A stretch of 64,000 nucleotides of DNA from Rhina ancylostomus (GCA_030265395.1 JARFYF010000054.1:4400743-4464742), one strand, 5' to 3'. Shown: positions 26,120 to 39,590, counted from the stretch's first letter. Notes: generated by a model not told the origin, from the letters alone. A program made the numbers and translations.

Positions 26120-26780
26120 TAGACTCTGCCAGCTCCATCATGGATCAACCCTCCCGACCATCAAGGAAATCTTCAAGAGGTGGTGCCTCAGAAAAGTGGC
26201 ATCTATCATTAAGGACCCTAACCATCCAGGACATCCCCTCTTCTCATTATTACCATCAGCGAGGATAAGATATCTTTATTAGATCAAAACACACAGAGAA
26301 ATGCATCTTTTGCATAGTGTTCTGGGGGCTGCCCGCAAGTTTCGCCACACTTCCGGCGCCAACATAGCATACCCACAAGTTCATAACCTGTACGTCTTTT
26401 GGAATGTGGGAGGAAACTGGTGCACCCAGAGGAAACCCATGCAGACACAGGGAGAACATACAAACTCCTTACGGACAGTGGCCAGAATTGAACTCGGGTC
26501 CCTAGCGCTGTAAAGCGTTACACTAAACACTACACTACTGTGCCTGCCCTGGAGGAACAGGAGCCTGAAGACCCACATTCAACACTTCAGGAACAGCTTC
26601 TTACCCTCTGCCATCAGATTTCTGAATGGTTGATGAACACTACCTCACTATTCCCCTTGTACACTATTTACTTATTTTTGTAACTTATAGTTATTTTTGT
26701 TTTTGTGTCATGCACTGTACTACTGCCGCAAAACAACAAATTTCACGGCATATGTCAGTGATAATAAACCTGATTCTGAA
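26120..26780 (+). mobile_element. Rex1/Babar LINE 3' fragment interrupted by a SINE
   Basis: RWCLRKVASIIKDPNHPGHPLFSLLPS... resumes after the SINE as aggagcctgaagacccac and ends aataaacctgattctga. Confidence 0.8.
26265..26549 (-). mobile_element. V-type SINE nested in the Rex1/Babar fragment
   Basis: Reverse complement of the 20558 SINE family, including the tRNA-like head (gaattgaactcgggtc). Confidence 0.85.
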
Positions 26781-28349
26781 GTAACTTTCACCTTATCAAA
26801 ACTTTCTTGTGAATATACACATTAACATTCTAAATCTTTAGCTTTATAAATGAAGTAATTATATACTTCCCAATTCAGTCATCCTTCATCCAACAATACT
26901 TAACACCTTAGGCAAAGAATGAGGCTTTCAGTTCTAGGTTACCAGTTAACATATACATTTATACAGTTTTGATGAGTACCAACCCCAGAGTGTTGACAGA
27001 TGTTATAAAGTGCCACATCAACATGAATTTACAAAAAAATCATTAAATATTTGGCAATGGCATTTCAACTATTTTCTTGAGTTTTTTTAATTCAAAAGAA
27101 AAGGACAAGTACAAGGCATGTATTTTTCTGTATATCTTTTTGAGACATGTTTTTGTTTTCATCTGATGGTCCAGCCAAGATGGAGCATTTACAATGTGGG
27201 AAATAATGGATCCTGACTCCTTTCCAATTCTCTTTAAGGCATGCTCTTAGTGGAATATTATAAATTCTAAATTTTCAACATGAATTTATTTCTCAACCTT
27301 TTTGTAGCAATGAAATAAATATAATTTTCCAGTAGCCACTGCAGTCAAAAGTGATAGTACTCAATCCAGTAATTGCAGACTGACTATTGCCCTGCATCTA
27401 GGTTCCATGGGATGCTTCAAATTGCTTTCTATGTGTGACTTTCATCTTCAATACAAAGTTGACAAGATAATTTAAAAAAAACAAAGTTCAATGTTGTAGC
27501 CAACAACAACTCATTGTTTGATGAGTATGTGCAGGTTCTAGCACTTTTCCCCTAAGTAGTATTATACAGATAACTAATAAGCATATTAAGAACACATGAA
27601 ACTAAGGTTCCTATCACACAGTCATATGGGTTTAGTACTCCAGTTTACGGTGTCCAAACACTAGATGAAGACCAGGTCAAAAAGCTACATCCCCATAGAA
27701 ATGCAGTACACTTTAACATTTTTTTTCTGAACCTCAGCCCACAAACCTTTAAGAAAAATAAATTATACACTGTGCACTAACTAAATTCCAGTCGTAAACA
27801 GTTGTAAAATTAATAACTCCTTGTAAAAGCAACAGACTGCAAAGTATCAAAACTTCAAAATACCCTTTTGACTTGTCTGTCTGGGACAAACGTAAGCATT
27901 CTGTGAAGAGGACAAGTTCATCAATGTCTCTCCCTAATCTGAATTATTGGTTTAAATTGAAGCCACCAAAAACACAACCCAGACAACAGTGGCAACCTGG
28001 AAAATAAGTGATGAAGGCTCTAGCTCGGTATAGTAAACTTCTTCTGTATTTGCATATGTCTGTTTCAATTTTAATTGTGGTATCCTTCCACTGCACATAT
28101 TCAGAGGGAGAATGGGAAGGACTTCATGTTTTTAAGCCTTCAGGATGTTTTACATGCGTTCCCTGATGTCAATAACTTAAATTATTTATCAGAATATACT
28201 TACCACCATTTTGCTGCATCCGATTGACATACTTTAGTGTCCATTTCTAAAGCAAAGGCACAGAAACCCAAGATCCAGGATAGACTAATCAGCATATCAA
28301 AAAATAGAATAGATATTTAATTAAAGCAGACAATTTGTACGAATCTAAT

Positions 28350-28760
28350 TAACCATAGAACAATACAGCACAATACAGGCCCTTCGGCCCACCGTGTTGT
28401 GCCGCCCATCTAACCACACCTCACACCNNNNNNNNNNNNNNNNNNNNNNNNNNNNNNNNNNNNNNNNNNNNNNNNNNNNNNNNNNNNNNNNNNNNNNNNN
28501 NNNNNNNNNNNNNNNNNNNNNNNNNNNAACACTGAAAACCAGGAACATTCAACATCCACTCCTGCCCTGACGTCAGCCACGTCTCAGTTATAGCCACAAT
28601 ATCAAAGTCTCCCATACTTATCCAAGCCCTCAGCTCGTCACCCTTATTCCTGACGCTTCTTGCATTTACGTACACACACTTCAGTCCCTCCACCTTACTA
28701 CTTTGATATCCTGCGCTCTGCTTCTTCCCGAAAGTCTCTGTACCTGTCTGATCTAACTTT
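28350..28760 (-). mobile_element. Young CR1 LINE (3' tail and endonuclease start visible; middle in a gap)
   Basis: GLKCVYVNARSVRNKGDELRAWISMGDFDIVAITETWL right of the gap. CR1 tail caatacaggcccttcggccc left of the gap. Confidence 0.85.
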
Positions 28761-29739
28761 TCCCCATCCCCTAACTTCCAGTAAGTACCTGCATTTTAAT
28801 ATATCTTGGCAAATAAACCCTACAATTTCTTTTGATAAAATTCCTACCATACAATAAATTTAAATTATATGAGTCTACTTTTATGGAGTAAGTGAAATAA
28901 AACAAAGGATATTTTAGATTGCACTGCACCTGGTGTAAACAGAATATATGAATATTATAGGGATATGGATCTTTTCAATCAATTGTCTTTTACATATAAC
29001 ATATCTCACCCAGAAGAAAATCAAACAGCATCAGAAGGCTCCACTTGCTCAACTTCCAGATGCTTCAAATGTTACTATGGATTAAAACCTAATCTATTTT
29101 TTTAAATTTTCAGGAGGATGATGATTTGCATTTTTAAAAATTTATTCTGCTCTTTAATGTAGTCAGTTCAATCTCTGTTACTTGAACTTCCATTATAAAC
29201 TTCTGATTCTCTTTCAAATATCTTAATTTATTCATCACTTTCACACCCAGATTAATTTTGTTCCAAGAAATTTGAAGATGAATCTTACTGGCTGTCTGCT
29301 TCCAATAAAACAGACCATGCAGCTGTCTGCCTACACTTATGAACCGTTAGTAAATTACAACCATTGTACAGTAGTTACTGTGTAAAAGTACAGATCAACA
29401 GCCTACCTTTCAGAAAGTTGCGAAACTTCACTTGCAAGTGATAAAACTTTATATCCACAGACATTTCAACAATAAAAAGAAATCATATTAGAAACTACAG
29501 TATCAAGTTACTATTAATTATATGCAAACCTCAATAATAAGTGTTGCACATAACTGATGCCACTTAAGAGCCATTTTCCTCCTTGAGAAGTCTATGCTAT
29601 CAGTAGAGGCTGGGGAGAAAAGTAGAAATGATGTGTTTTAGCCAATAACTTTTCAACATCTTGGCTTAGCAATTACATTCACCCAAGTTGTTTTGGTTTG
29701 AGAGTTAATATATTGTTAATTCTCATATTGAGGCCTCCA

Positions 29740-30125
29740 ACACACCTTCATAGGTGGGCCCTTAGGAACGAGGATAACTTTCTTCCACTATGGTTTCATG
29801 ACTCCTGAGATGACTGATGCCAATGTAGGACTTCCAGATTTTACCATGGGTGGGGTAGAAGATGCTCAGAGGCAGGTGGGTGGGTAGTTTGGTGAGTTCT
29901 TTCAGCCATTCATGCAGGGCTTCTGTGTGCTCTTGATGTGTAGACTTGAAGTTTTCAGAGTCATCCGCGTGCTCTTTGTCCACTTTGAATAGTAATGGGA
30001 CAGGGATTCCCAGGAATTAGTGAGGTTACTGCAATATTCCACGGAGGTTTTGAGAATATCCTTGAATCATCTTCACTGTCCAGCTGGTTTCTTCCATGAT
30101 AGGGCTCAGAATAGCAGTGCTCTGG
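29740..30125 (-). mobile_element. RTE LINE 3' end
   Basis: ORF 29762..29983 ends ...IGISHLRSH, a degenerate RTE C-terminal zinc-finger-like motif. Confidence 0.7.
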
Positions 30126-30149
30126 TCATTAGAGATGTACTGTATATTA

Positions 30150-30440
30150 CCAGAGGGCACACATTTCTAGGATAAGAGGATTTTAGGAAGAAAGTTTTCT
30201 CCCAGAAGGTGGTTGAAATCTGGAAAGCATTGCCTAACATGGCTGGTGGAGGCAGATACTCTTACAATATTTAAATTCTTGAATTACAATCTTACAAGCA
30301 TTTAAATGAGCACCTAAAAGATATGGCATGGAGGAATACAAACATACAAAAGGAAAATGGGATTAGTATAGATAAATAACTTACAGCTGGCATGAATATG
30401 GTGAGCCAGAAGGCCTCTAAGTGCTGTATGACTCTAATAG
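30150..30440 (+). mobile_element. CR1 LINE 3' end
   Basis: accagagggcac...gtggttgaaatctggaa...gtgctgtatgactcta tail. Confidence 0.75.
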
Positions 30441-30449
30441 AGCATTCCA

Positions 30450-30885
30450 TGTCAGGGGTCCAGTGTTCAGCATGCAAATGGTATAGCCTGCCCAACTGAG
30501 TGTAATTAGGGCTTCAGTGCTGGGGACATTGGCCTGGGAGAAGATGTGGATGTTGGTGTGCTTATCCCGCAGCCTACAACACCACCCTCTGACAACAAAG
30601 ATCCACAGTGCGACCGTGAACAATGTGGACCTGTTCCCACATCTCGAGGGCCACTTTAAGTAAAGGCATACATTTATGATGAAATTCTTCAGTGCACTAC
30701 TACAGACTTTGGTTATCTGAGAAGAGTATTTGAAGATCAAAACCTCAAACTTAGCACAAAACTAATGGTCTACTAGGCAACAGTGATTTCTAACTTTCTA
30801 TTTGTTTCTCATAGCTGGACTACCTACAACACAAAGCACTGGAGAGGAACCACCAACAGGTTCTCCACAAAATCCAGAAACCCAC
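30450..30885 (+). mobile_element. RTE LINE late-ORF fragment, inverted relative to 29740-30125
   Basis: Degenerate NVDLFPHL.GH...FGYLRRVFEDQNLKLSTKLMVY typical of the RTE post-RT region. Confidence 0.7.
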
Positions 30886-33800
30886 AGAATCGGAGTGCAA
30901 GCAAGTCATCGTGGTCCTATGGGGCCATCTAATAGATGTGTGTGTGTCTTTTGGGAGGGGAGGGGGATGATGTTCAAAATTCATTGTAAAAAGTAGCTTA
31001 ATAGTACCTGCTTCTGCCCAGATTGCAGAGCTCTGAAGGACTTAGCTGTCAACTGGCCTAGCATCAGCGGATGAGCTCACTTCACAAAGATGTGTGTCTT
31101 GCAGATCGTCATAAAACTAGTGGTAGATAAGATCATCAGATAGTCTTTATAAGAATACTGTCAGATCTGCACTATGAAGGCATCCTCCATCAGTAGTGTA
31201 GCCCTGTGTTATTTGGTACAATCTGTCAGCCCAAATGTAGTTACATACAAAGAGAAAACATTAGGTTCTCTCCTGCTCTTCAATTTATAATGCCAATAGA
31301 CTTTTAACCAGAGAGAAAAGTCAAATCATCAAAACTCTGTCAAGCATTCAGTCTCGGAGTATGCAGTCTTGGAGGATCCACTCTACATTTTATAGTTTTC
31401 TTATCAATTTTCCTTGCTTCCATTGCTTGGTTAGTCAACATTCCCCAATGCTGACAGATAATCACTTTCAAAATGTTCATTCAATTTTCTATCAAGCACA
31501 TAATTTTTGTGTGTAAAATGTAATGCTAGACAAAAAGAAATCAAAATTTTAAAAGTTTCACAAAGTATTAAATCAATCTACAGCATTATCTTCAAACACA
31601 TATCAAATGCTGGCAAATGGGACTAGCTCAGGTGTATAATTGGTTGGTATGGTTGGACTGAAGGGCCTGTTGCCATACTGTTCGACTCCATGACTCTATA
31701 ATTTCTGGTCTTCACTAAAAAAGACCTTATCTATGCTTGCTCTGGATTTGCCTCATCCAAAGATTGTCCAAAGGTCAAAAAAGCATTCCAAATTAGTTCC
31801 AATTTATGTAGACCAACATATGCAAGAACACACATGCTGAAGACACTTTTTCTATGAAGATGCATTTTACTGACTCTGATCATAATCAAGTAGAATCTGC
31901 ACACAATCTGGAGAACTCATTGGAACTAAAGAATTTAACAAACACAAAATGTTACTTCAGTTCATCTAGTCACATTCTTATTTAAGTCTACATTCTGCTT
32001 TGATTTCTATCCAAATTTTCTTACAATAAACCTGGGTCTATTTTAGTTTAAAGTTTCTTTTATTTTTAGCACACCACGAAATATCTGGAATAAAATCATC
32101 TAGATGTTAGGTTAAAAAAAAGGATCCATTTCATTTGGCATGAAACAGTGAAGTAACAAAATCAAAATTCCTGTGGTCTTTTCACCTGAGAGAAAACCCT
32201 GAGTAGTAGTATATCTTTGCATCTGCAGGCAATTCATAACCTTTCCCATTATAACTTCCCTAGGCCACATTTATATTCAAGCCTGCAAATGTGAACTTTG
32301 TCAGGCTATAATTACACCCATTCCATGTAACATAGCAGCTTTAGAATAATCAACGTTACCACCTTTATTTTAAGGATAAAATTGGAAAGCAAAAGGTAGT
32401 CTCGTCTAAAAGGATATGGAAGCTTGGTGAATCACTTACAAGTATCCAAGACTTGAGATCAATATCCTTTAAGTATGAATATTAAGACATTTGGACTTAA
32501 TTGAATTGAGGTGCAGATCAAGTTGAAAAGTGGGCTGGGTCCGAAGGAGCCAGTGGGATGGACCACAGGAATATCCGTAAAAACAAATCACGAAGGAGGA
32601 TGAGGAAGACAGGATTTAGATCCTGAAAAATAATTCCAAATATAAATTGGTATGCCACATAGATGTTCCTATCAGATTTTAAAGTCAACTGAAAGTAGTT
32701 GACAGCATCACATTGGAAAATATTATAATGGTTGTAAATTCAGGTGCTGTGAACATTCAATATTCCTGATTCACCAAAAGATCCTTAGATGTTTGGTAGC
32801 TCTGCCAGTAATTGACCTCTAATTATCAATTATTAAAATTCTGTCTCAGATATTTTTGTGCTTTTCAATAGTCATCATATATTTACTGCCCTACCTCTTT
32901 GCACCAGTGAAAGTAAAATGACATCAGCATTAATACTACACACCATTTGCAGTTTGGTTAGCACAAGACTACACAGGTGCCAGACTAAAATCTAAACTAG
33001 ATTACTGGAACACTTTCAGGCTAAAACCACATATAAATATAAAAAACTACAAACAAGTATGCAAACAAAACTGATTACATTTTTACTGCCGCATTGTTAA
33101 AGAACTATTGCAAATAGTAATGGACTTCCTGGCATGAAATGTAAAGTTCAGTGTCCCAAGAGCCCTAATCATCTTCTAATCTATAAACAAGGATTCTGGA
33201 ATAACATACAGATGTGAAACTTAAACCTGTAAGCATTTTTGGGCACAACATTAATAATAAATATTAACTGTTATGAGTTAAAACCCCAGTATAAAGAGAA
33301 TTCTTTTAGCTCATTATCCCATAAATCAAGGCTATACATATGAACAGATTATTAGGTTGTAAGCTTTGTTGCAGAACAAAGCCAAAGCAAAAAAAAGAGT
33401 GCAGCAAGGCCCTGTTAAAATTTATGCAGGCCAGCATTTTTTCCATGTCTGCTAAAGGCTTCCACTTTGATATGACACATATTGAATGGATCATCCTAGT
33501 GCTAGGCGCCAGGCCAGTTTTTATCTTAATGCAGACAGGGCGGCGACACAGACCCTAATGGTCCTTATCTTGATCTTGTGTAAAAGCATCTTGAATTTCT
33601 GAGTGATTCTTCTAGTTTCTGACACTCCCTTTGCAACATTGCAGATGACGAAGGTAGTTTATAATAAGGGACTTTACACCATTTTATCCCACTGACATAT
33701 AATACAGTGGCAATATTTTATGGCTTTTCAAAAAGCTTCAAGAACTAATACAATTTAGAAGTACACTTAAACCGTGCACGTGCAACTAATAATGTTTAGT

Positions 33801-34029
33801 TTTATGCCAGAGTACATGAAAGTTTCAATCTCTAATGTTTAATACTGCTTTCTGCTAAGTTACTTTAATAAAGAAAGACTTGACTACCTTAGAAGAACAT
33901 AGCCATTCCTTGACCATAAATCCAATCAATAATTGTAATTTCGGCTCTCTTAGCAGGCACGTATTATAGGCAGTCTTATAAGCGTTCTTAAGAGTTCAAG
34001 CGTTCTGCCTTACACCATGCAATGGATCA

Positions 34030-34280
34030 GCTAAGAAAGATTCACACCTTTTAAAGCATCTTTCACCATCTTAGTATGTCCCAATGCAGTCTACAGCCAA
34101 AGCACTTTAAAAAAAATAAACACTATTTTAACATAGGAATACACTCGCCAATTTTGCACACAATAATCAGATAATGTCTTAATGGTGTTGATTCTTGTCT
34201 AAATACTGAGTGACCATGGGGAAGAACTCCCAGACTCTTCTAGGAATCTGTGCCAAGGGATCCTTTACATTCATCTCAGA
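34030..34280 (-). mobile_element. Deu-domain SINE (SacSINE1/AmnSINE1-like) remnant
   Basis: gccaattttgcaca...cagataat...gggaagaactccc.gactcttc...gtgccaagggatcctttacattcatct matches the reverse-complemented Deu domain as I recall it. Confidence 0.65.
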
Positions 34281-34319
34281 ATGAAGTCTGTACTCCAGTT
34301 TATATGTCTCATTTCCTTT

Positions 34320-35890
34320 TATTCATTTTTCAGGATGTGAGCATAGTTAACAAGGCCAGCATTTATTGCCCATCCCTAATGGCTCTTGACAATATTGAGT
34401 TGAACCACTTCCTTGATCATTGCAATCCTTCTGGTGCTTCCACAATCCTGTTGGATAAAGAGCTCCAGGATTTAAAACCAGCAATGATGAAGGAGCGGTG
34501 ATATATTTCCAGACCAGGATGATGTGCAACTTTGAGGAAGGCATGCAATGGCAGTGTTCCCATGCTCCTGCTGTCTTTGTCTTTCTCTGGATGATGGATG
34601 GGTACCAAGCAAACAAGCCGGTTTGTCTTGGAAAGTATCAAGTTTCTTGTGTTGCTGGAGCTGCACTCATCCAGGCAAGCTGAAAATATTCCACCATACT
34701 CCTGACTTGCACCTTTTAGACCACAGTAATGCTTTGCAGTGTCAAGACGTGAGTTACTCACCCAGCTTCTGGCCTGCTCTTACAGCCACTTACGTGGCTG
34801 CTCCAAATGAATTTCTCATTAATGATGACTCCAGGAAATTGCTGGTGGGGAACTCAGCATTAGTACTGCCCTTGAGGGGCAGATGGTCAGATTCTCTTGT
34901 TGGAGATGGTCATTGTCTGGCATCTTTGTGACACAAATGTTACTTATCACTCAGCAGCTTGTTATCTAGGACTGCTGCATGCAGACATGGATTGCTAAAC
35001 ATGGTGAGCAGTTGTAAATGGAATGGAACATTGTACGACCAGAAAACATCCCATTTTTGACCTTTTGATGAAATGAGCATCATTGCTGAAACAGCTGAAG
35101 TTTTCGGGCCTGGGACTCTGCCCTTAAGAACTCCAAGGATATCCTGGGCTGGAAAGTTTAAACTCCACCACTCTTTTGCACAACTTCAATAGGTGTTTTC
35201 CACTTGATGCCCAATGACTTCAGTTTTACTGGGCTCTCTGATGTCACCCTTGATGTTGTCTTGATGTCAAACACATCACTCCCACCTTGGCTCTGAAATT
35301 CAGTTCTTTGGCGAGTGTTTGAACCATGGCTGTAAGGATCCTGGCAAAACCCAAAATGGGTTAAGTTGAGCAAGTTATTAGTAAGTTAAGGTCCATAGCA
35401 TCTTTCATTACTCATCTGATGATTTAGACTAGATTGATCAGTCAGATTGGATTAGTCCTTGCTTTTTGTGAACCTGGGCAATTTTCCCACATCATTTAGT
35501 AGATATCACTGCTGTAACTACATTGGAACAGATTGACTGAAGGCAAAACTGGTTAAGGAGCACATTTTCAGTACTACAGCCAGGGTGTTGCCTGGTACCC
35601 ATATCTTTGGGCTATCCAGTGCGCTCAGCCATTTCTTGACATCATATTGTGTGAACCTGTGGTTGAGATGGTGGGGATATCAGAAGGAAACGAGGTGGAT
35701 CATCCATCAGGCACTTTTGGCTTAACATGGCTGAAAATTCTTCAGCCTATTTATAGCACTCTTATGCTGGGTACTGTAATTGCTTAGAATGGGGATGTTC
35801 TTGGGTCTCCTCTTCCTGTCAGCAATTTAATAACCTACCACCATTCATGATTAGATGTGGCAGGAACATAAAGCTCTGATTGGATGAGTT
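34320..35890 (-). mobile_element. CR1/L2-group LINE, decayed RT and 3' end
   Basis: Minus-strand remnants (KKLDTFQDKPACL; gtcttgatgtcaa corresponding to the LDI motif). Same family as 58825-59440 (+). Confidence 0.75.
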
Positions 35891-38424
35891 GTTGTGTGTT
35901 CTGAAAAATAGCCACATTTAATAATTCAGACTGAGCTGGTCTATAATTTTATGCTGACACAGTACCACGGAAATAGGACACAAAACTTATAGATCTTTGG
36001 TTCTATATTAGAGTTCAAGTCCTGCAAGATCATCCTCTGAACCAAATAGCTCATCAGACCTACTAAAAAAACAATGAGTTTTGTCATATTTGCCCTCATT
36101 TAACTACTAAAAATTGTGCTTCAAATGCTTCATTATATGGACTTCATTAAGTCTGCATTACATATTGAGATCACTGAATCAATTTGCTTCATTACATGAG
36201 TCTTAGTAAATAGTCATCCAGTGAATGTGTTAAAATCACAATACATATTACCTGCCATGATCAAATATTCATATGCAAAATACTACCTTTTGTTCCAAGA
36301 GCAACCAGCATATACCACATATACTCAGGGTCTATTGCTCGATTAGAAATGCACAGATGTCGAATACTTTATTTGGTACTGTGCCCAATAGAAAAATTGA
36401 AGGAATTGTTTCTCATGGCTTACTTCCACATTTTAAGTCATAAATGAGTCATAAATAAAAATGCATCCTCGAGAATTGCATGCTTAAAAGCTATGTGCTC
36501 CTGCGATTTTGTCAGTGGGTTGTCAATTGTGGTGGAGAATATTTTCCATTGAGAGAGAAAGTTTGGACCATTTGTTATTCAGTTGGTATGATCTCTAAAT
36601 TATAGTGAATGCAAATCTTTTTCTATTTCAGAATTTTGGAATACCTCATATACTGCACACCTATTTAATAAGTAGTCTGTCTACTCTTTCAATTTGCAAT
36701 TTCTGGAGAGCAGAGGGGAAGGTAGAATAAAAATAAAAATAAAAAATGATAATACTGTTGATGAAAACTTAGTTTTTCCTACAAACAAGAAAACATTTAT
36801 TAAATTATTTTTGAAATGAATCAAATTCAGTTCATCTATAAAGTGCAGTTCAATCTATGCATTAATTAATACATTTAAACCACAATTATTTTATCTCTAA
36901 ATACATTTGTGCAAGTCAGTAGGGGCAGCCTCTAAACTGAATCATTTCTCTAGTGTCAGAAGGTGTTCAAGCTATGCTACTCACTAATCTCTTAGGAGGA
37001 GATATTTTAGCAAGACATTTCAATTGAGAAATGGTCGTGTGAAACTTAAAAATACATACAGCAGCTGACAAGAGGGATGACTTTGTTTTGTCACAAATGC
37101 ATTACCTTTCAAGACCCGAAAAGAAACATAAAAGTAAAAATAATGTAAATACTCCTTTGCAAAGAATACAATTAACAAATTGTTGATTGTGGTTTATAGG
37201 CCACCCCATTTGTCACTGTTACTACTTCAGCCTCTTCATTGATTCGTATAAGTTACTTGAGAATGTTACCAAACCCACTCAACTCTAACGCTGACAGAGT
37301 TCTTAAACACAAATAAATAATTCATATAAAGTGCACAATAAACATTGCAGGATAATGTTTTTGTCAACTGGTAACCTATGAGTACAATACCATTTGAAAT
37401 GTGAGATGGGAAAATCTTAAATGTTTTGTGAAAGAAAATGAACAAGGCAACCCAAAATTTGATAGAAATACACTTAAGCAGTAATTTAGATTACAAACAA
37501 GGACTTATGAGTGTTGGTAAAACAAACAAATTTGTGAATTTGCAATTGAAAACATCTTTTGGAAATAAATTCAGCTCTCCTTTTCCTTTATAAAAGGCAC
37601 CTTTAGTTTTCATACCATTATTGCCAAAATTATGATACTAAATATAATCACCAATAGATTATAAGACAAAGCTATCTCCTTCAAACTATTCAGACTATTG
37701 TGAATTCCCACTTGGTATCCAACTGGAACAATTACATAACTGAATAAAGAATTGATATAAATCTTGATAAATAAAACTTCCACACTATCGTCCAGTTTTG
37801 ATATAGGCTGAATGTAGCAAATAGCAACTTTTTACATCTATTATTATTGCCAAATAAAATCTTCAGTTTTATTTCCTAGTCTGTCTAACCTGCCAAATGT
37901 AAAAATGAGCAATTTATTTCACTTTTCAATCACGTGAAGTGTTCACCTTCAGTCCTTCCAAGTGCCTATTTTATCACAGATCTGCAGAGACATCATGCCT
38001 TTGAGCTTCTACTTGAATTAACAATTGTGGCTAGAAACCAGTGTCTAGAAGTAAAATTGGTGCCCGAATCACCAGGCCAGTCTCTCACATTTAAGTGATA
38101 ATTTGCATACCGGCTCCAAAATATTTAGGAGTCAAATACAACACATCTGCAAAATCTCGTTTAAAAACAAAATAGGGGAAGATGGGAAGCAGAATTTTTG
38201 AAAATTAGATTTTTTGTAATATGTCAGTATTATGAAGGAAATTTACAAACAAAAACAAATGAGCACTTTCTTAATTCTAATATTGCAAGCAGATAATATT
38301 TATTTGCATAAATAAACAATAATATTCAAGTTCAATTATTTGATATGCTTCTAGCTAGTTAGAGGTAACCTTCATAGTGCAGACATGTTATGAGTTCAAA
38401 GCTCTCACATCCTCCTGAAATAAA

Positions 38425-38740
38425 GAACACAGAACGGTACAGCATAGGAACAGGCCCTTCATCCCAAGGTGTTGTGCCGAACTAATTAAACTAATCCCTT
38501 CTGCCTACACATTGTCCATATCCCTCCATTCTCTGCACATTCATGTGCCTAGCCAAGAGCCTCTTCAATGCCTCTTTCATATTTGCCTCCACCACCACCC
38601 CGGCAATGCATTCCAGGCACCCACCACTCTCTGTGTAAAAAAAACTTGCCCCGTACATCTCCTTTGTACCTGCCCCCTCTTAAGGATCTACCTTAAATGC
38701 ATGCCCTTTAGTATTAGACATTTCAACCCTGGGGAGAAAG
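38425..38740 (-). mobile_element. CR1 LINE 3' end
   Basis: tacagcataggaacaggcccttc...attccaggcacccaccactctctgtgtaaaaaa. Confidence 0.85.
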
Positions 38741-39401
38741 GATCCCAGGACCTTGGGAATTTGGTGTCAATCAGATGCCAGGATTAATGATACAAGGTTG
38801 TATCTTCTAAGAAAGATGTTACAAACAAGTTTTGAGCCATAGTTAAATATATTTTTAATCTTCCGATAATGATCTTAAATGAGAAAAAAGCTCAGCCAAA
38901 TTTCTATGGTGTGCATATGTGCTACACCCACTAAGATCTCTGCCAATACCCTGAATCATCAATGACCTGAAACGGTTAAGACCAGGGTACAAAAACCTGA
39001 GTTTTCTGAGAATTAGCACATTGCAATGAGCTTCTTACTTCATAATTGAGCTGAGTACCTCCATTTACCTGACTCAAATCAGGAGTGTAATGGTATATTC
39101 ACTACTTTCCTGGATGGGATCAGCTGCTACACCATCCAGAATAGAGCCATCCACCTAATCAGTGTTCCTTACTTTATTAATGAATATACTGGCACCAGAC
39201 CTAGCACCCAGGATGCATTCCCCAAATGAGAGTGGTAACTGTATCAGCTATAAAAGGGGTCATTACATACTGCATTCCTGTTGGTCGAATACCAATACGT
39301 AACATTTTCTCAAAGGTCAAGTGAATGTGAACAACATGGATGCAATCAGCAAGCTGTCAGTTTGCATTTAGCAGGCTGGTAAGCTTTGAAGATTTTAATC
39401 A

Positions 39402-39590
39402 GAGACATAAGAGATTCTGCAGATGCTGGATCCGGAACAAAACACCCAAGAACTGCTGAAGGAACTCAGCAGGTCAGGCAGCATCTGTAGAGAGAAATAA
39501 ACAGTTGACCCGAAACATCGACTGTTTATTTCTTTCCATAGATGCTGCCTGACCTGCTGAGCACCTCCAGCACTTTCTGTGTGTGTTGTG
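39402..39590. mobile_element. Fold-back Penelope-pLTR-derived repeat
   Basis: Arms ctcagcaggtcaggcagcatct / agatgctgcctgacctgctgag. tgaagatttta is repeated at 39387 and 39591. Confidence 0.75.

Noticed and set aside
29010-29090. Minus-strand AG...GT exon-like segment
   Set aside because: It has stops in all three frames and no BRIP1 similarity.
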